From NCBI GenBank assembly GCA_963810275.1, contig CAWENF010000018.1, positions 24,187 through 88,186 of the forward strand: a stretch of 64,000 nucleotides of DNA, read 5' to 3'. The DNA is from an uncultured archaeon (lineage in GTDB: Archaea > Thermoproteota > Bathyarchaeia > Bathyarchaeales > Bathycorpusculaceae). Positions 51,824-63,645 of the stretch are shown in pieces. The notes below the pieces were generated by a model. That model had not been told where the DNA came from. It saw only the letters and a program-made list of their open reading frames with translations, and made no database searches. The position numbers and the translations under genes are program-made. The first letter of the stretch is position 1, and each line of letters starts with the position of its first letter.

Positions 51824-54040
51824 TTACTCGTTCTCGAAGTATTCTTCCGGTTTTGGCGAGTTTGGAGGTAAGCCTCTGCGTTCCCGGATCTTCTTTACGG
51901 TTTCTGCCTGCATCTGTTCAGGAATGTAAGCCCATCTGCTAAACTGAGTAGCCCAGAAAGCTCTGCCTTGTGTGCTGCTGCGGAGTTCATCTGCTATACC
52001 AAAAGACTCTGACACTGGCATTTCTGCTTTGACGGTAATCATGTCTTCCTCGCTGGGCATATCGAGGATTTTACCTCTGCGTTTGTTAAGCAATGTGATG
52101 ACTGAACTGACGAATTCACTTGGAACTTTGCATTCGAAGCTCATGATTGGCTCAAGCAGCTTAGGGTCGGACAATAAGATAACGCAATAGATTGGTCTCC
52201 AAGTCATAGGGATAGCTTGAGCAGGACCGCGGTGAACTGGGTCTTCGTGAAGCGTAATATCTTCCAAGTTGATTTTGAGACCGTAAGCTGGTTCTTTAGC
52301 GAGTGGACTGGTGTGGACTGCTTCTCGGAACCCAGTCTTTATATGGTCGATGATTTCTTCCACGTATTGACGTCCGCGAATACGGTTACAGAGGATGTTG
52401 TTTTCTTCAACTGCCACTGCGCCTTTAGCGTCGTCTGGGTCCCAGCCGAGGTTACGCAGAGTCTTTGTGCGTTCATCTTTACTTTGCAAGTCAGTGATTT
52501 TCTCTGCTTTGATAGCTTCAATGACTTCATCGCTAAGTTTTTCGATAGTAATCCAGAGTTTGTTGTGTTTGTTTGGGCTTTTACCCATAACTGCGGGACC
52601 CTTGTAATCATGGCTTATGGTTTCACGGAAGATAACGATGGGTTTGCTTAGCTTGACTTTGAGGCCGGATTCTTGCATGCGATAAGCGGTGATTTCAAGG
52701 TGCAACTCGCCCATACCCGACAGAAGGAACTCGCCGGATTCTTTGTTCATAGTAAAGTGCAGATTGGGGTCTTCAGTGGTGAGTTTATGCATCACTTTAT
52801 CAAAGAGCGGTAAGTCTTTAACATCTTCAGGCTCGACAGCTACAGTGACAACTGGGTCAGACACATACTGTAAACCTTCGAAACTGTGGATTTCCATGCC
52901 TACTTCGCCGACAGTTTCACCCACGTGCAACGCTGGCAAGCCACTGATGGCACCAATGTTGCCTGCAGGGACACGATCAACAAACACACGGTCAGTTGCC
53001 ATCGACATGAAGACCTGCTGAATTGTACCCTTCGAGTTTGCACTGATCAACTGGACTTCTTTGCCTTTAGTGATAGCGCCGCTAAAGATTCTACCTATAG
53101 CAACGGTGCCGCTGTGGGGGTCAACTTCAATCGTTGAGATACACATCAACAGAGGCGCTTTGGGGTCAACTTTCGCCATGCCGATACCTACTGGGCTTTC
53201 TGGATCGCCTGGCCAAATCTGTGGTTGACGATAAGGCTGCGCAACTAATGGGTTCGGAAGATGGTAACAGAACATGTCAAGGATTGGTTCCGGCAATGGC
53301 GCTTTCTTGCTGAGAGCGTCAACTTTTCTGCCCACATCTGCGGGTTCGCCGCTGTATGCGTCAATGATATCTTGAAAACTGATTTTCTTAAGTTTCATAT
53401 GGTCGAGGTTTAAACCCCACTTGTGCAATGCAGAGCCGAATGCTACGCGGCTGTCTTCGATTTTTACCTGCCAGTCCTGTTTGTGTTCTGGAGGTGCATA
53501 CTTCTCGATTAATGTGTTAACCCGCAGGAGAATCTTCCCGAATTTTTTCTGAATTTCTGCAGGAGTCAATTTGATTTCTTTAATTAAGCGGTCAACTTTG
53601 TTGATGAATAAAAGTGGTTTAACACGTTCACGCAGCGCCTGCATCAAGACAGTTTCAGTCTGTGTCATAGGACCCTCTACTGCATCCACGACGACAAGTG
53701 CGCCATCGACTGCTCGCAAGCTTCTTGTAACTGCGCCTGAGAAGTCAATGTGTCCTGGAGTGTCGATAAGGTTGATGAGGTAATCTTGGTTGTTGTAGGT
53801 GTGGACTAAGCTGACGTTTGAGGCGAAAACGGTCATTTGACGTTTCTGCTCAAGATCCCATGAGTCAAGGAATAATTTTTGTCCTGCGGTTTGAGTACTG
53901 ATGATGCCTGCATGTGCAAGTAAGCTGTCTGAAAGAGTGGTTTTGCCGTGATCAACGTGGGCGATTATGCTCGTATTGCGGATAATGTTTGGGTTATCCA
54001 TTAGTTTAACGATTTCTTCGGTTTGTCTATATCGCGCCAT
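51824..54040 (-). CDS. fusA: Archaeal elongation factor 2 family GTPase (possibly the aEF-2 paralogue)
   Basis: AHVDHGKTT, DTPGHIDF, NKVD, GMGELHLE, SPNKHN, HEDPVHRGPAQ; switch I reads EQKRQMTV. Confidence 0.88.
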   Translation of the reverse strand: MARYRQTEEIVKLMDNPNIIRNTSIIAHVDHGKTTLSDSLLAHAGIISTQTAGQKLFLDSWDLEQKRQMTVFASNVSLVHTYNNQDYLINLIDTPGHIDFSGAVTRSLRAVDGALVVVDAVEGPMTQTETVLMQALRERVKPLLFINKVDRLIKEIKLTPAEIQKKFGKILLRVNTLIEKYAPPEHKQDWQVKIEDSRVAFGSALHKWGLNLDHMKLKKISFQDIIDAYSGEPADVGRKVDALSKKAPLPEPILDMFCYHLPNPLVAQPYRQPQIWPGDPESPVGIGMAKVDPKAPLLMCISTIEVDPHSGTVAIGRIFSGAITKGKEVQLISANSKGTIQQVFMSMATDRVFVDRVPAGNIGAISGLPALHVGETVGEVGMEIHSFEGLQYVSDPVVTVAVEPEDVKDLPLFDKVMHKLTTEDPNLHFTMNKESGEFLLSGMGELHLEITAYRMQESGLKVKLSKPIVIFRETISHDYKGPAVMGKSPNKHNKLWITIEKLSDEVIEAIKAEKITDLQSKDERTKTLRNLGWDPDDAKGAVAVEENNILCNRIRGRQYVEEIIDHIKTGFREAVHTSPLAKEPAYGLKINLEDITLHEDPVHRGPAQAIPMTWRPIYCVILLSDPKLLEPIMSFECKVPSEFVSSVITLLNKRRGKILDMPSEEDMITVKAEMPVSESFGIADELRSSTQGRAFWATQFSRWAYIPEQMQAETVKKIRERRGLPPNSPKPEEYFENE

Positions 54041-54674
54041 AACTAATTTTCTCCATTATGTATGAAATTTTACTTTGAAATGCCATCCTTTTGATTATTT
54101 GAAGCATTACTGTTATCTCTTAAACTGGTAAACTACAGGGAAATTGAGTTTGTAGCCTATTAACTTTATGGCATGATTCTTTCGAAACAATAAAAGTTGA
54201 AACAACCCAAAAAACAGCGGTAAATACACTCTAAAGCCAAAAAACTGACGCCAAAATACTCTTTTCTTAGTTATCAATTGCAGTTGTGACGAGGTAAAGG
54301 TAGATATACTTTATAAAATCGGCTAAATCCATTTCGCAAAAAGGAATATAGCTCCAGATTTTTCTCATAGAAAAAAGGGCATTAACATGAGGTAATATGC
54401 CTTAAATGACATAGTTGTCGGTTATATGCGATTCCTTTTTTACTATTATCATACCAATTGTTAGAAACTACTTCGCATCCGATTAGTTTAAATGCAACAT
54501 CAGCCACTACCGTTGAAATAAATCTTAAAAGTTGCGCGAAAAACGCTGAGGGTTCCCCAATACACGATAAAACAAAAGCATTTCAGAGTCAATCGGTAAA
54601 CTCTTATTCAGCAGTCGCCTTCATTTACCGTAAGGCTTTCAAGTAATAGGTTTCTTAGGTTTGGCGAGATAAAT

Positions 54675-57489
54675 TTGGAAAAAGCCACGTCTATGCCAGT
54701 TGAAAAGGTTTTCGAGGATCTACAGACTTCCTCAGAGGGTCTTAGCAGTGAAGAAGTGAAGCTGCGCCTTAAAAAAATACGGGCAAAACAAACTTTCTGA
54801 ACGAAAACAGCGCCCATTAATCTCTAAATTCATAAAACACCTCCGCGATCTCTTTGGCATTCTTCTAATTTTCGCAGCGGTCCTGTCTTTTCTCAGCGAC
54901 AGCCCGTCTTTGGGCTTTATCATTTTAGCCGTTGTGTTTGTCAACATTTTTGTCAGCCTATTCCAAGAGTCCCGCGCTGAGAAAGCTATGGAAACCCTTA
55001 AGAACTGGATGCCTGAGTACGCCAAAGTTATTCGTGATGGCGAACTGACTAAAACTTCTGTTAGTGAAATTGTTCCAGGAGACATAATTGCGCTCGAAGA
55101 AGGGGACCGAGTGCCAGCAGATGCCCGCTTAATCGAAGCTTTTGACTTGTGGACTAACAACGTTCCTTTGACTGGCGAGTCAGAACCACAGCCTCGTGTT
55201 GCGGACACAGTGGAAACTGTCGAAAAAGCGTATCTTTACTCGCCTAACTTGGTTTTCATGAGCACTAGCGTCGCTAAAGGGCAAGGCAAAGCAGTAGCCT
55301 ATGCCACGGGAATGGGCACCCAGTTTGGGAAAATAGCCAGCTTGACTCAAACCATCCAGGCTGAGGATAGCCCACTTCAAAAAGAAATAAGTGCCATGGC
55401 AAAAACTGACTTCATTATAGCAGTGATTGTGGGCATAGCGTTTTTCACAGCTAGTTCCTTGTATTTGCAGGTACCTACGGGAACTAGTTTTCTATTTATG
55501 ATTGGTGTTATGGTTGCCTGTGTCCCTGAGGGGTTACAAGTCACCGTTTCAAGTGCGCTTGCCATTAACGTGCTCAAAATGGTTAAACAGAACGTTCTCG
55601 TTAAGCGACTCTCCGCAGTCCAGACGCTGGGAAGTGTAACAGTTATTTGCACCGATAAAACAGGCACAATTACAAAGGGCGAGATGACTGTCAACAAGCT
55701 CTGGGTCATGGACAGAGTTATCGAAGTTTCAGGTTTAGGCTACATGCCTGTAGGAGATTTCACCGTTAATAGACAGCCGCTAAAAGAAAAAGACAAAACC
55801 TCGCTTGATAAGCTACTGGAAATCTCTTCACTATGTAATGGTGCAAAAGTTGAGCCGCCCAACGACCAAAACAAAACATGGAGCGTAATTGGAGACCCAA
55901 CTGACGGCGCACTTTACGTGGCTGCTTTGAAGTGGGGGCAAGTTATCGATGAGCTAGCTGAAAAGAAACCAACAGTTCACATCATGCCTTTCAGCTACGA
56001 ACGTAAACGCATGAGCACTATCCACGAAGTAGACGACAAAATGCTGGTTTACACGAAAGGCGCTCCCAGAATTCTGCTTGATCTATGCAGTAAAATCTAC
56101 GTGGACGGCAAAATCGAGGAATTAACTAAAGAAAAATTCGACTGGGTTGAAGCACGCATCCACGAATTCGCAAACGAAGGCTTACGCGTCATTGCCATGG
56201 GATACAAAGAGGTTCCTAAAACCCAATACAACAAAGAAGACGACTACGAAAAAGAACTTATATTTGTCGGGTTGGCAGCAATGCGTGACCCTCCACGGAT
56301 GGAAGTTAAAGGTGCAGTCGAAAAAGCTAAGGAAGCAGGCATAAAAACAGTCATAATCACAGGCGACTACGGTCCAACCGCTGAAGTCATAGCAAAAGAA
56401 GTCGGCATAGTCACCAAAGAGTGCTGTCAAGTTATCCGCGGCGTAGACCTAGAGAACTTAAGCGACCAAGCCGTCGTTGACGAAGTGAAGAAAGGCGACG
56501 TAATTTTTGCCCGTGTTTCTCCTGAACAAAAACTGCGAATCGTCAAGGTGCTTAAGAAGGGCGGCGCAATCGTCGCCGTTACTGGAGACGGAGCCAACGA
56601 CGCGCCATCGCTTAAAGAAGCCGACATCGGTGTCGCCATGGGCACTTCAGGGACCGATGTTGCCCGCGAAGCAGCAGACATAGTACTGTTAAACGACAGC
56701 TTCGCAAGCATAGTTCGTGCCATCGAGTCAGGACGCGCAATCTATGAGAACATTCGCAAATTCATCGTTTACGTCTTCTCCCACAACTGGGCAGAACTCA
56801 TTCCCTATGTGCTGTTTGCTGTTTTATCAACCAGCGTGTTTGCTATCCCGTTACCACTGCTGGTTGTACAGGTCTTGGTCATTGACCTTGCCATAGACGT
56901 TATTCCCTCACTGGCGTTGAGTCGTGAGCCACCTGAAGCGGGAATCATGCAGGAGCCACCCCGCAGCATTAAAGAACGGCTTTTCACCCGCAAAGTTCTG
57001 CTGCGTTCAGTATTCATAGGCGCCATAATAGCGGTCTTGTCTCTATATGGCTGCTTGAACGCTTGGGCTAATGCAGGCTGGCAAATTGGTATGCCCATAC
57101 CTAACGACTGGCAGTTCGGCGTTGAAGGCATAACACCTAACCCAGCTTACCTCAAAGGCGTAACAATGATGTTCGCAGGCATAGTTGTGGCACAGGCAGG
57201 CAACGTGTTAGCGTGCAGAACAAGCAAACAATCCATATTCAAAACCAGCTTGAGCAAGAACCGCTGGATTGTGTGGGGCATACTTGCCCAACTCAGCATC
57301 TTGGCTATACTGGTGTATGTGCCGATAATCCAGGAAGTGTTTGGGACAGTAGCGTTGGGTTTAATGGATTGGGCGTATCTGCTGTTATTGGCGTTGGCGG
57401 TTATTTTCGCTGAGGAAGTCCGCAAATTCATAATGCGGCATTTCTTCACAAAGAAAACTGAGGATCTAACCAAACACGACCACACCTAA
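54675..57489 (+). CDS. P-type (type II) cation-transporting ATPase; N-terminus frameshifted in the A-run at ~54771-54777
   Basis: TGES, PEGL, DKTGT, KGAP, DPPR, TGD, GDGAND. The N-terminal GLSSEEV..RLKKYG.N motif lies upstream in another frame. Confidence 0.92.
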
Positions 57490-57969
57490 ACCTTTGCCCC
57501 TATTTTGGGGCATTTGGGCATTTTTCTGCGGTTCTTAAAAAAATATGCTGCGCCCACGGCAATAAAGACAGCTAAAACAACTTAGCCAATAACTACCTCT
57601 AACGTAGGGAATTCTTCAGTTAATTGGATATTGAGCTAAGACGATCATTGCCAGTACAGTCGTGAAAATTTGGAAGGCTAATTTATTTGGGCTCATTTGC
57701 TTTCTTGCCTAAGGCTTGTTTGTTGGTTTATGATGTTTTTGTCAAGTTTTCTTGACTAAGTGCAGATAAAGAAATTTTGGACTGAACAGCAATGACTTTA
57801 GTGTTGTTGAAAATCTGAACGCATTATTTAATTTTTCAAGATAGCCCTTGGTGTTCTGTTTTTACTAGTTAAGTAGTGGTATTGGTTTCTGCTCGGTTTT
57901 TTCTAAAATTGAGGGCTAAGGTGCAATAATACATTAAATCTCAACTTTCCAATCCAAACATGAACATAG

Positions 57970-59095
57970 ATGTATCGGACTGGAACCGCAACTCTGCCTC
58001 TGCATGGCGGCAAAGCCCCAGCGTGGCTCACAGGACGCATGCGAGGTTTAGCACGACAAATAGCAAGCATAATGGTTGACGAATACGGCACCTCAGAGTT
58101 TATCCGCCGCTTAAGCGACCCTTACTGGTTCCAGGCACTGGGATGCGTGCTCGCCTACGACTGGCACAGCAGCGGCGTAACCACCGTTATAACAGGCATA
58201 CTCAAAACCGCACTAATACCCAAAGAGCACGGTATAGCGGTATGTGGGGGGAAAGGTAAGACTAGCCGAAAAGCCCCAACCGACATCCAAGAAGTTGGTG
58301 AAAAGTGGGGTTTCTGCCAGCAATCCATCGACGATTTAGTTTACGCCAGCCGCATGGCAGCCAAAGTCGACAACACATGCCGTACAGGCTGGCTACCAGC
58401 TCTACCACCACGCCTTTTTAGTCACCGAGGACGGGAAGTGGGCGGTGATTCAGCAGGGACTCTGCGACTCTGAGCATTCTGCACGCCGCTACCACTGGCT
58501 AAGCGAAAACGTGCACGGTTTTGTTGAAAACCCACAGAGTGCGGTTGCATGCGACACAAAACGAGCCAAGGCGCTTAATATGACCACTAAAGCCAGCGAA
58601 GACGCTCGAAAAACCAGCTTAGACCTCGCCAAAGAGCCACCAAAGAAACTAATGGGGCTAATACAATCCGCAAACCGTCCACAGAACCAGGCGTCGATGC
58701 AAAGCTGGCTCCCAAATGTGACAGATGAACCTTCGTTTAAAACCCAAGCCTCACTAAACATGCCAAGAAACATCAACTGGGACACATTAAGCCGCCTATA
58801 CGAGTTCCAACCAAGCAACTACGAGGAATTTCTAAGCGTCAGGGGCGTGGGACCCGCAACCGTGCGTGGATTGGCGCTGGTAGCTAAATTGATTTACGGT
58901 GATGATCCAAGCTGGGAAGACCCAGTAAAATTTAGTTTTGCTTACGGCGGCAAAGATGGCGTGCCATTTCCAGTAAACCGAGTTGCGATGGATGAATCCA
59001 TCATGGTGCTGCGGAAGGCTGTTGAGGACGCAAAAATCGGCGAGAAAGAGCGTTTACGTTCTCTTGAAGGGTTACAGCGGTTTGTGCCGTTATAG
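57970..59095 (+). CDS. DUF763-domain protein, frameshifted near 58377
   Basis: LPLHGGKAPAWL, LSDPYWFQALG...DWHSSG, GGKG, AKVDN/AVQAGYQLYHH, IQQG...ARRYHW, GVGPATVRGLAL, FSFAYGGKDGVPFPV. Confidence 0.88.
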
Positions 59096-59139
59096 GGAAA
59101 TTCTTAAACCACCACTCGTTATACCAATACTTGACTGCT

Positions 59140-59757
59140 ATGTTGACTCTTAGAAAGGTGGGTGCCGCCGCTGGATTAGCCGCTCCAGTCCTCGCGTTTT
59201 TCTGCATATCCGTTGCCATCCTCTCCTACCCTGCGTTTAGCTGGACAGACAACGCGCTTAGCGACTTAGGCGTAGTTGAAGGCCCAACGATGACGGTTTT
59301 CAACTTAGGGTTATCCTCAACAGGCATATTGGCGGTTGTTTTTGCTGCTGGAGTGTTCAGCTATTTTGAAGGCAACGCCTCTGGCAAAGTGGGTTCAACG
59401 GTTTTCGCCGCAGCATGCGTGGCGCTTTTATGCATCGGCATCTTCAACGAGCACTACAGCCCTACTCATTACATCGTGTCAGTGGCGTTTTTCAGTTTAG
59501 CCCCCATCGCCTTTTTCATTTTAACTGGCGCATTCTACCTAAAAGGCAAAAGGTGGCTGGCGCTCTTCTCGGTGGCACTTGGCACAGCGGCTGCTATACC
59601 GTGGATTTTGCAGTTTACAATTCACTATGTTCCAAACGTAGCAATTCCTGAAGCAATCTCAGCAGCTGCGATTGGGGCTTGGGCGGTTGCCGTCTCAGCA
59701 ACAATCTTCGACACAAAAGTTAGCCAGATTTACTTGACTAAGTCAAAGGCGATTTGA
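59140..59757 (+). CDS. DUF998 membrane protein
   Basis: FSWTDNALSDLG, FN, IGIF....HY..S..FF, AIPE; about 6 TM helices. Confidence 0.78.
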   Translation: MLTLRKVGAAAGLAAPVLAFFCISVAILSYPAFSWTDNALSDLGVVEGPTMTVFNLGLSSTGILAVVFAAGVFSYFEGNASGKVGSTVFAAACVALLCIGIFNEHYSPTHYIVSVAFFSLAPIAFFILTGAFYLKGKRWLALFSVALGTAAAIPWILQFTIHYVPNVAIPEAISAAAIGAWAVAVSATIFDTKVSQIYLTKSKAI

Positions 59758-60728
59758 GCACAGCAAAACGGCGAAAAAACCGTTCTGTATCCCTCAGCTT
59801 TAGCATACTCCACTGCTTCGAGGCTCGGAAACGCAACTGCATCCACTCCCGCCTTCAATGCAAGCACATCAATTTCTCCACGGATTTTACCCTTTGGGCG
59901 CATACATCCAAGCGTTATGGGTGTGGCGGGAAACAGTTGGCGTGCAATGGCAGCGACTTTGGCGATGTCAAGCGGAAGCGGCGGCGAAGTAGTCGCCATC
60001 GCTGTGTTTCGTAGGGGCATAAATGCTATGATAACAATGGCTGAGGGGTTCGAGTACTTTTTTATGATTTGGAGGGCTTCAAATTCGCCGCCTAATTTGC
60101 CGTCTTCTAACCCTACTATTACGTGTGGTACTATTTTGAGCCCTGCCGCATCAAGAGCCCTAAGCGAATCGGCATAGTATTGCAAGTTAACGTTTAGGTT
60201 AAAGGTCTTCTGCAAAGTTTCCTCAGAACCCACAACGTCAATTAAGGCTGCGTCGACTCCGGTTCTTTTGAGCAACAAGGCACTTTCAGGACTAATTATG
60301 CCCGTGTGGACAAAAACCGTTAGTTCCAACTCATGCTTGAGTTTTCCTAAAACTTCGCGGTAACCGTCGAATGGCACGGACCCATCAGGCAGGCATCCGC
60401 CGCTAACTAGCAGTCCCAACGCGCAGTTCTGCTTAAACTTTGAGCCCAACTCGTAGAGGCGTTCAGGCGTAGTTGCGGGATACATGGTTTTAAGCACTTG
60501 ACCGCCGCAGTGACGGCAGTTCAGTGCACAGTTGTTACCAGTTATCGAGACTGTAAGGAAGGCGGGGCTTTGACCGCTAAATTGGGGGTTTTTCGGGTCT
60601 CCGAAGCTGGGTGCGTAAAAGTGGACCATGTTGTTTTTAGGTTTGATTTGCCTTGAGTTAAGCAGAGTTTGGAGTTCTTTGTTGTTTAGTTGCCAGATTT
60701 GATCAGAGATGTGTGACATTGCTTTCAC
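59730..60728 (-). CDS. Radical SAM protein (biotin synthase-related)
   Basis: ITGNNCALNCRHC, LVSGG, VHTG, PHVIVGL, LGCMRPKG, C-terminal CC. Confidence 0.85.
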   Translation of the reverse strand: MKAMSHISDQIWQLNNKELQTLLNSRQIKPKNNMVHFYAPSFGDPKNPQFSGQSPAFLTVSITGNNCALNCRHCGGQVLKTMYPATTPERLYELGSKFKQNCALGLLVSGGCLPDGSVPFDGYREVLGKLKHELELTVFVHTGIISPESALLLKRTGVDAALIDVVGSEETLQKTFNLNVNLQYYADSLRALDAAGLKIVPHVIVGLEDGKLGGEFEALQIIKKYSNPSAIVIIAFMPLRNTAMATTSPPLPLDIAKVAAIARQLFPATPITLGCMRPKGKIRGEIDVLALKAGVDAVAFPSLEAVEYAKAEGYRTVFSPFCCAQIAFDLVK

Positions 60729-61037
60729 AGAAAAAAATGTGTCATAGTATTTATTTTAGATCCAAATCTTTTTCGAGAAAGCATTAAAGATAAAAATGAA
60801 CCTGTTTTGCGTATTCAGCAAAGGTTAGAGCTGTCCTCTGTCACATAAAATAGAGATTACTGGGCAAGCAGTGGCTCAATAAGAGTTAGTCTATTCTACC
60901 TTACTCAGCTACAATCGTTGTAGTTGCTTTGACCCTTTCCCAGTTCTGGTTTGTCCCGAAGCAAAAATAAAGTTCTTTTTTTATTGCAAAAATTCTATTT
61001 TCATGGCCAGCGGCTGGACAGGGAAAAAACGGGGCAG

Positions 61038-61472
61038 TTACTTTCGCCAGTTTCGGCCCTGAGACCACTTATAAAAGGTCGTTGGGGTGATTTTAATTAT
61101 GGGCAGGTCACCCTCTTTCCAGCCGCCCGCTTCAGTTCGGTACTCTGGGAATTTTTCTTTGAGCAGTTCATGTGCATATTGGTATTCTTTGCCGTTCCAC
61201 ATGATTTCTGCTTCCCCTTGGATGCGTATGCCCTTGTAACTCGACCAGTTGTTGGGGTCGTAGTCGTCAATTACCAGTGAAACCTGAGGGTTGGCATCAA
61301 TGTGCTCTAATTTGGGTGTGTCGGGGTCAGTGGCGATGTAAAAGTATACTCCATCAAAGACCGGCCAAACAGGCCGAACCACGGGCTCACAGTCCTCAGT
61401 TGCTGTTGCTAAACGTCCAATCGGTAAATCTGCAATGAATGCTCTATCGGATTTTGAAAGTTTAATACCCAT
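61038..61472 (-). CDS. PPOX-class (F420/FMN) split-barrel oxidoreductase
   Basis: GRLATA...P.VRPVW, KLEHIDANPQVSLVID, GIRIQGEA. Confidence 0.8.
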   Translation of the reverse strand: MGIKLSKSDRAFIADLPIGRLATATEDCEPVVRPVWPVFDGVYFYIATDPDTPKLEHIDANPQVSLVIDDYDPNNWSSYKGIRIQGEAEIMWNGKEYQYAHELLKEKFPEYRTEAGGWKEGDLPIIKITPTTFYKWSQGRNWRK

Positions 61473-61778
61473 ACTGCTTTCAACTCAAGCGTAAATGCTA
61501 ATTGTGAATACTCTATTTTTCACCCTTTTAAAACTTAATGCTTCTAAGCACATTTTCAATTATTGTCCCAGAATCTATGATTCAGGCAACTCTCTACTCA
61601 TTTTTAGCCACTCAATGGTTATTGTTTGGTTCTGCTATCTATATGGTTTGACCCCTCTAACTCAAGCGTTACTAAATAAGACAAAACTAAGCCTATAACG
61701 GGCGTAAGCTTTTAGCGTAACAGAGGCAACTGTCAGCCTATGACTCGAACAACCCGAAAAGGAATTCCAACTAATTTT

Positions 61779-62158
61779 ATGGACAAAACCCTTGGCAAAG
61801 TTGTCCTTGTGGGTTTGCAGCTGTTAATCGGTGTAATACACCTGTTCGCTGGGCTGTTTCTTTGGCTTACGAGAACTTTTCTGCTTTACCCTCTATGGCA
61901 GCCTATGATTTTTATACACTTGTGTTCGGGTTGCTAGTGATCACTTTCGCCTATGGGCTTTGGCAGGGGAGAAAGTGGGGTTGGGTAGGCACAGTTGTAG
62001 TCTCAGTTTTTGTTATCATCGCGGATTCCACAGCAGTGCTTGGTGCGCCTTTTGTTGCGGGTACTCCTCCGGGTCCAGCAGCTGTTGAAATCACGTACAG
62101 CCTAATCCTGATCAGCTACTTGCTTTTGCGTAGAGTGAGAGGACAATTTGGGTTTTGA
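61779..62158 (+). CDS. Small multi-TM membrane protein, frameshifted near 61862
   Basis: Hydrophobic ORF 61740-61937 joins ORF 61862-62158 (YGLWQGRKWGW...YLLLRRVRGQF). Confidence 0.55.
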
Positions 62159-62223
62159 TTTTTTTATTACTATCTCTGAATAATGGAGTTTAGCATGCGT
62201 TTCGTTATATCAAGAAATTGCTT

Positions 62224-62279
62224 ATGGCGCGGGATGGGGGATTTGAACCCACGTGGCCTTTCGACCACAGACTTAGCAG
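62224..62279 (-). repeat. 56-bp direct repeat of the 3' part of tRNA-Ser (att site)
   Basis: Matches 63645-63700 except at two positions (62237 G vs 63658 T; 62251 A vs 63672 C). Confidence 0.92.
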
Positions 62280-62518
62280 AACCCCAGATGGTCTATGTTT
62301 AGCTGAATACACAAAGTTTCTAAAAGGCAAATACAGCAAAGTTTGCAATGGAAGGTATCCAAAGGAGGTCATGTCAGCTGGCTGGAGTTTGCCCTCATCC
62401 CTCCCTTTAAGAAACAAGAACACAATAAGAAAAAGGCGCAGACAGACACTATACAGCTAAGTCTTTAGCATTTGTTATAGAATGTATAGTCTAAGCTAAT
62501 CTAGGATTTTCTGAATAT

Positions 62519-63262
62519 TTAACGCATGTTGGATATTCTATTGCTTACTTGCTTCTTTCTAACCATAAGTGCAACAGCTAGAACTGATAGCAGTAAGGGA
62601 ATAACTAAGAGAAAGGGAAACTCTGGAACTGTAGGGGATGGAATAGGGGTTGCTGAGGTTGAAGGATTTGACAGGGTTAAAGTCTGAGTTTCACTCCAAC
62701 CACTTGATTGCCCCACAAATATGTTGTTAGAATCATAGTAACCAATTAATGCTTCAACCTGAAAGCCTATCTCAACTGCATTTGGGTCTAAGAGTTGCAT
62801 ACTGCCGCCCTTAATTTCCTTAAAACCAATTGAAATCACATACCCTTCACCATAGGTATCCCATGGGTCCATACTATCATGGAAATACTTCTCTTCACTT
62901 GGAAAACTCTGCCAAGAATTATCAAGATTACTTTGCCATCTGACATTATAATAAAGTAACACACGATAACCTTCAGAATTATTATATTCCCAAAAAGGTT
63001 GCCCCCAAGTCCTAACACTTACCCATTTGTATAGCTCCTCATAACCTTCCTTAACAATCACTGCCTTTCCAGTAGCTGGGTCAACACCATAAGTTGGTGG
63101 AACATAATCTGTAAAACCACTTAATGACACATCAAATCTTGGTATAACAGGTTGAGTTACACCTGTTTGAGCATATGCAGATTCAGCCATACTCATGGTA
63201 GATAATGCAACGATTACGATTATACCAAAAGCAAATATTTTAGATACTCTAGCCATAATCAA
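62519..63262 (-). CDS. Secreted protein with PEF-type C-terminal sorting signal
   Basis: Signal peptide; FQVEALIGY...GQSSGWS.TQT; SPTVPEF + TM helix + RKK. Confidence 0.8.
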   Translation of the reverse strand: MIMARVSKIFAFGIIVIVALSTMSMAESAYAQTGVTQPVIPRFDVSLSGFTDYVPPTYGVDPATGKAVIVKEGYEELYKWVSVRTWGQPFWEYNNSEGYRVLLYYNVRWQSNLDNSWQSFPSEEKYFHDSMDPWDTYGEGYVISIGFKEIKGGSMQLLDPNAVEIGFQVEALIGYYDSNNIFVGQSSGWSETQTLTLSNPSTSATPIPSPTVPEFPFLLVIPLLLSVLAVALMVRKKQVSNRISNMR

Positions 63263-63382
63263 ACTTAGTATTTGTGATGTTATATAATTTACTCAATCAC
63301 CATACGCTCCAAAAATAATTCTGGAGAGGTCAATAAATACAACTTAGCGCATCAGGGGTCAAAAAGCTAGTGAGAGTATTAA

Positions 63383-63533
63383 GATTAAATGTGTAAAAGC
63401 AGAGTGCGAAGTTTGTGGTAAAGTTTCTACTATCCTATTACTCTTTAGACGTAATAGAGACTTAGCGTATGGTAGAGCTAGACAATACATTGGAAGAGTT
63501 ACTGGTAAGCCACAGTTTGAGTATCACCAGTAG
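63383..63533 (+). pseudogene. Decayed small zinc-ribbon protein
   Basis: IKCVKAECEVCGK...YGRARQY...KPQFEYHQ* with no clear in-frame start codon; boundaries approximate. Confidence 0.45.
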
Positions 63534-63645
63534 ACTTTGCGGCATATTCAAACTCATCTTTTGGAAGTGGGTCAACTGGGTCAAAATAGTTATAGTAATA
63601 ATGTTGACCTAGAAAAGCCCAAATTAACCTCTAAAAGTGAATTAA

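Noticed and set aside
62224-62279. Second tRNA-Ser gene or split-tRNA half
   Set aside because: Lacks the 5' half and any complementary leader for trans-splicing; explained as an att repeat.
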